From: Rickettsiales bacterium
GTDB taxonomy: Bacteria > Pseudomonadota > Alphaproteobacteria > Rickettsiales > UBA3002
DNA: 35,087 bases
Assembly (NCBI GenBank): GCA_044225085.1
Contig: JBGAJE010000001.1
Location: forward strand, 1 to 35,087
Direction: 5' to 3'
Shown one piece after another: positions 35,022 through 35,087 of the stretch (positions are counted from its first letter, which is position 1; every line of letters begins with the position of its first letter). The position numbers and the translations under genes were made by a program. The notes below the pieces were generated by a model that was not told the origin of the DNA, made no database searches, and worked only from the letters and a program-made list of their open reading frames with translations.

Positions 35022-35087
35022 ATGGCTGACGATGAGCAACAGGCGAAAGAATGGGCTGCGCGGCTAACTGCTGCAGGTCAGCCGCAT
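35022..35087 (+). CDS. possible 5' end of an unidentified gene (22 codons only)
   Basis: ATG 35022 reads MADDEQQAKEWAARLTAAGQPH and is open to the window edge. Too short to identify. Confidence 0.25.
   Translation, partial: MADDEQQAKEWAARLTAAGQPH

Overview
GC-rich chromosomal window from a proteobacterium, possibly an alphaproteobacterium (taxonomy is a guess from gene content). Left to right: (1) housekeeping genes gltA (edge-truncated, absent from the ORF track), mutY and thiC. (2) A short accessory patch (4.5-7.3 kb) with a family of composite palindromic repeats, one copy of which encloses a DUF559 (Vsr-like) endonuclease gene. The patch also holds an AT-rich membrane ORFan, two paralogous small secreted Pro/Tyr-repeat proteins, a CoA-binding protein and a small membrane protein. 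(3) mscL. (4) A ~17-kb Wzx/Wzy-type polysaccharide locus (7.9-24.9 kb). It has a tailoring arm (2OG-oxygenase-like, acyltransferase-3, SDR epimerase/dehydratase, two tandem Zn-ribbon methyltransferases) converging on wza/wzc-like/flippase. A divergent arm carries wecB, a WbaP-type priming transferase, GT4, a WecG/TagA-type GT26 fusion and a Wzy/O-antigen-ligase-like protein, and ends 20 nt before tRNA-Gly(CCC). (5) DUF1294 and a beta-oxidation operon (thiolase, small Cys-rich secreted ORF, 800-aa dehydrogenase/hydratase, AT-rich 79-aa membrane ORFan, 590-aa acyl-CoA dehydrogenase). (6) A Pro/Tyr/His-rich protein, a peptidoglycan-binding-domain protein, a NUDIX hydrolase, a cargo-less copy of the palindromic repeat, and rnd. 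Main second-look items: the DUF559 gene lies exactly inside the arms of a repeat that also occurs empty. The polysaccharide operon has two apparent frame disruptions at short homopolymers (wecB N-terminus, GT26 fusion). The Wzc-like protein has a degenerate kinase domain. Two ~39-40% GC ORFans are wedged into GC-rich context. A shared phased direct-repeat motif lies upstream of two adjacent envelope-protein genes. No CRISPR array, rRNA, integrase or transposase was seen.
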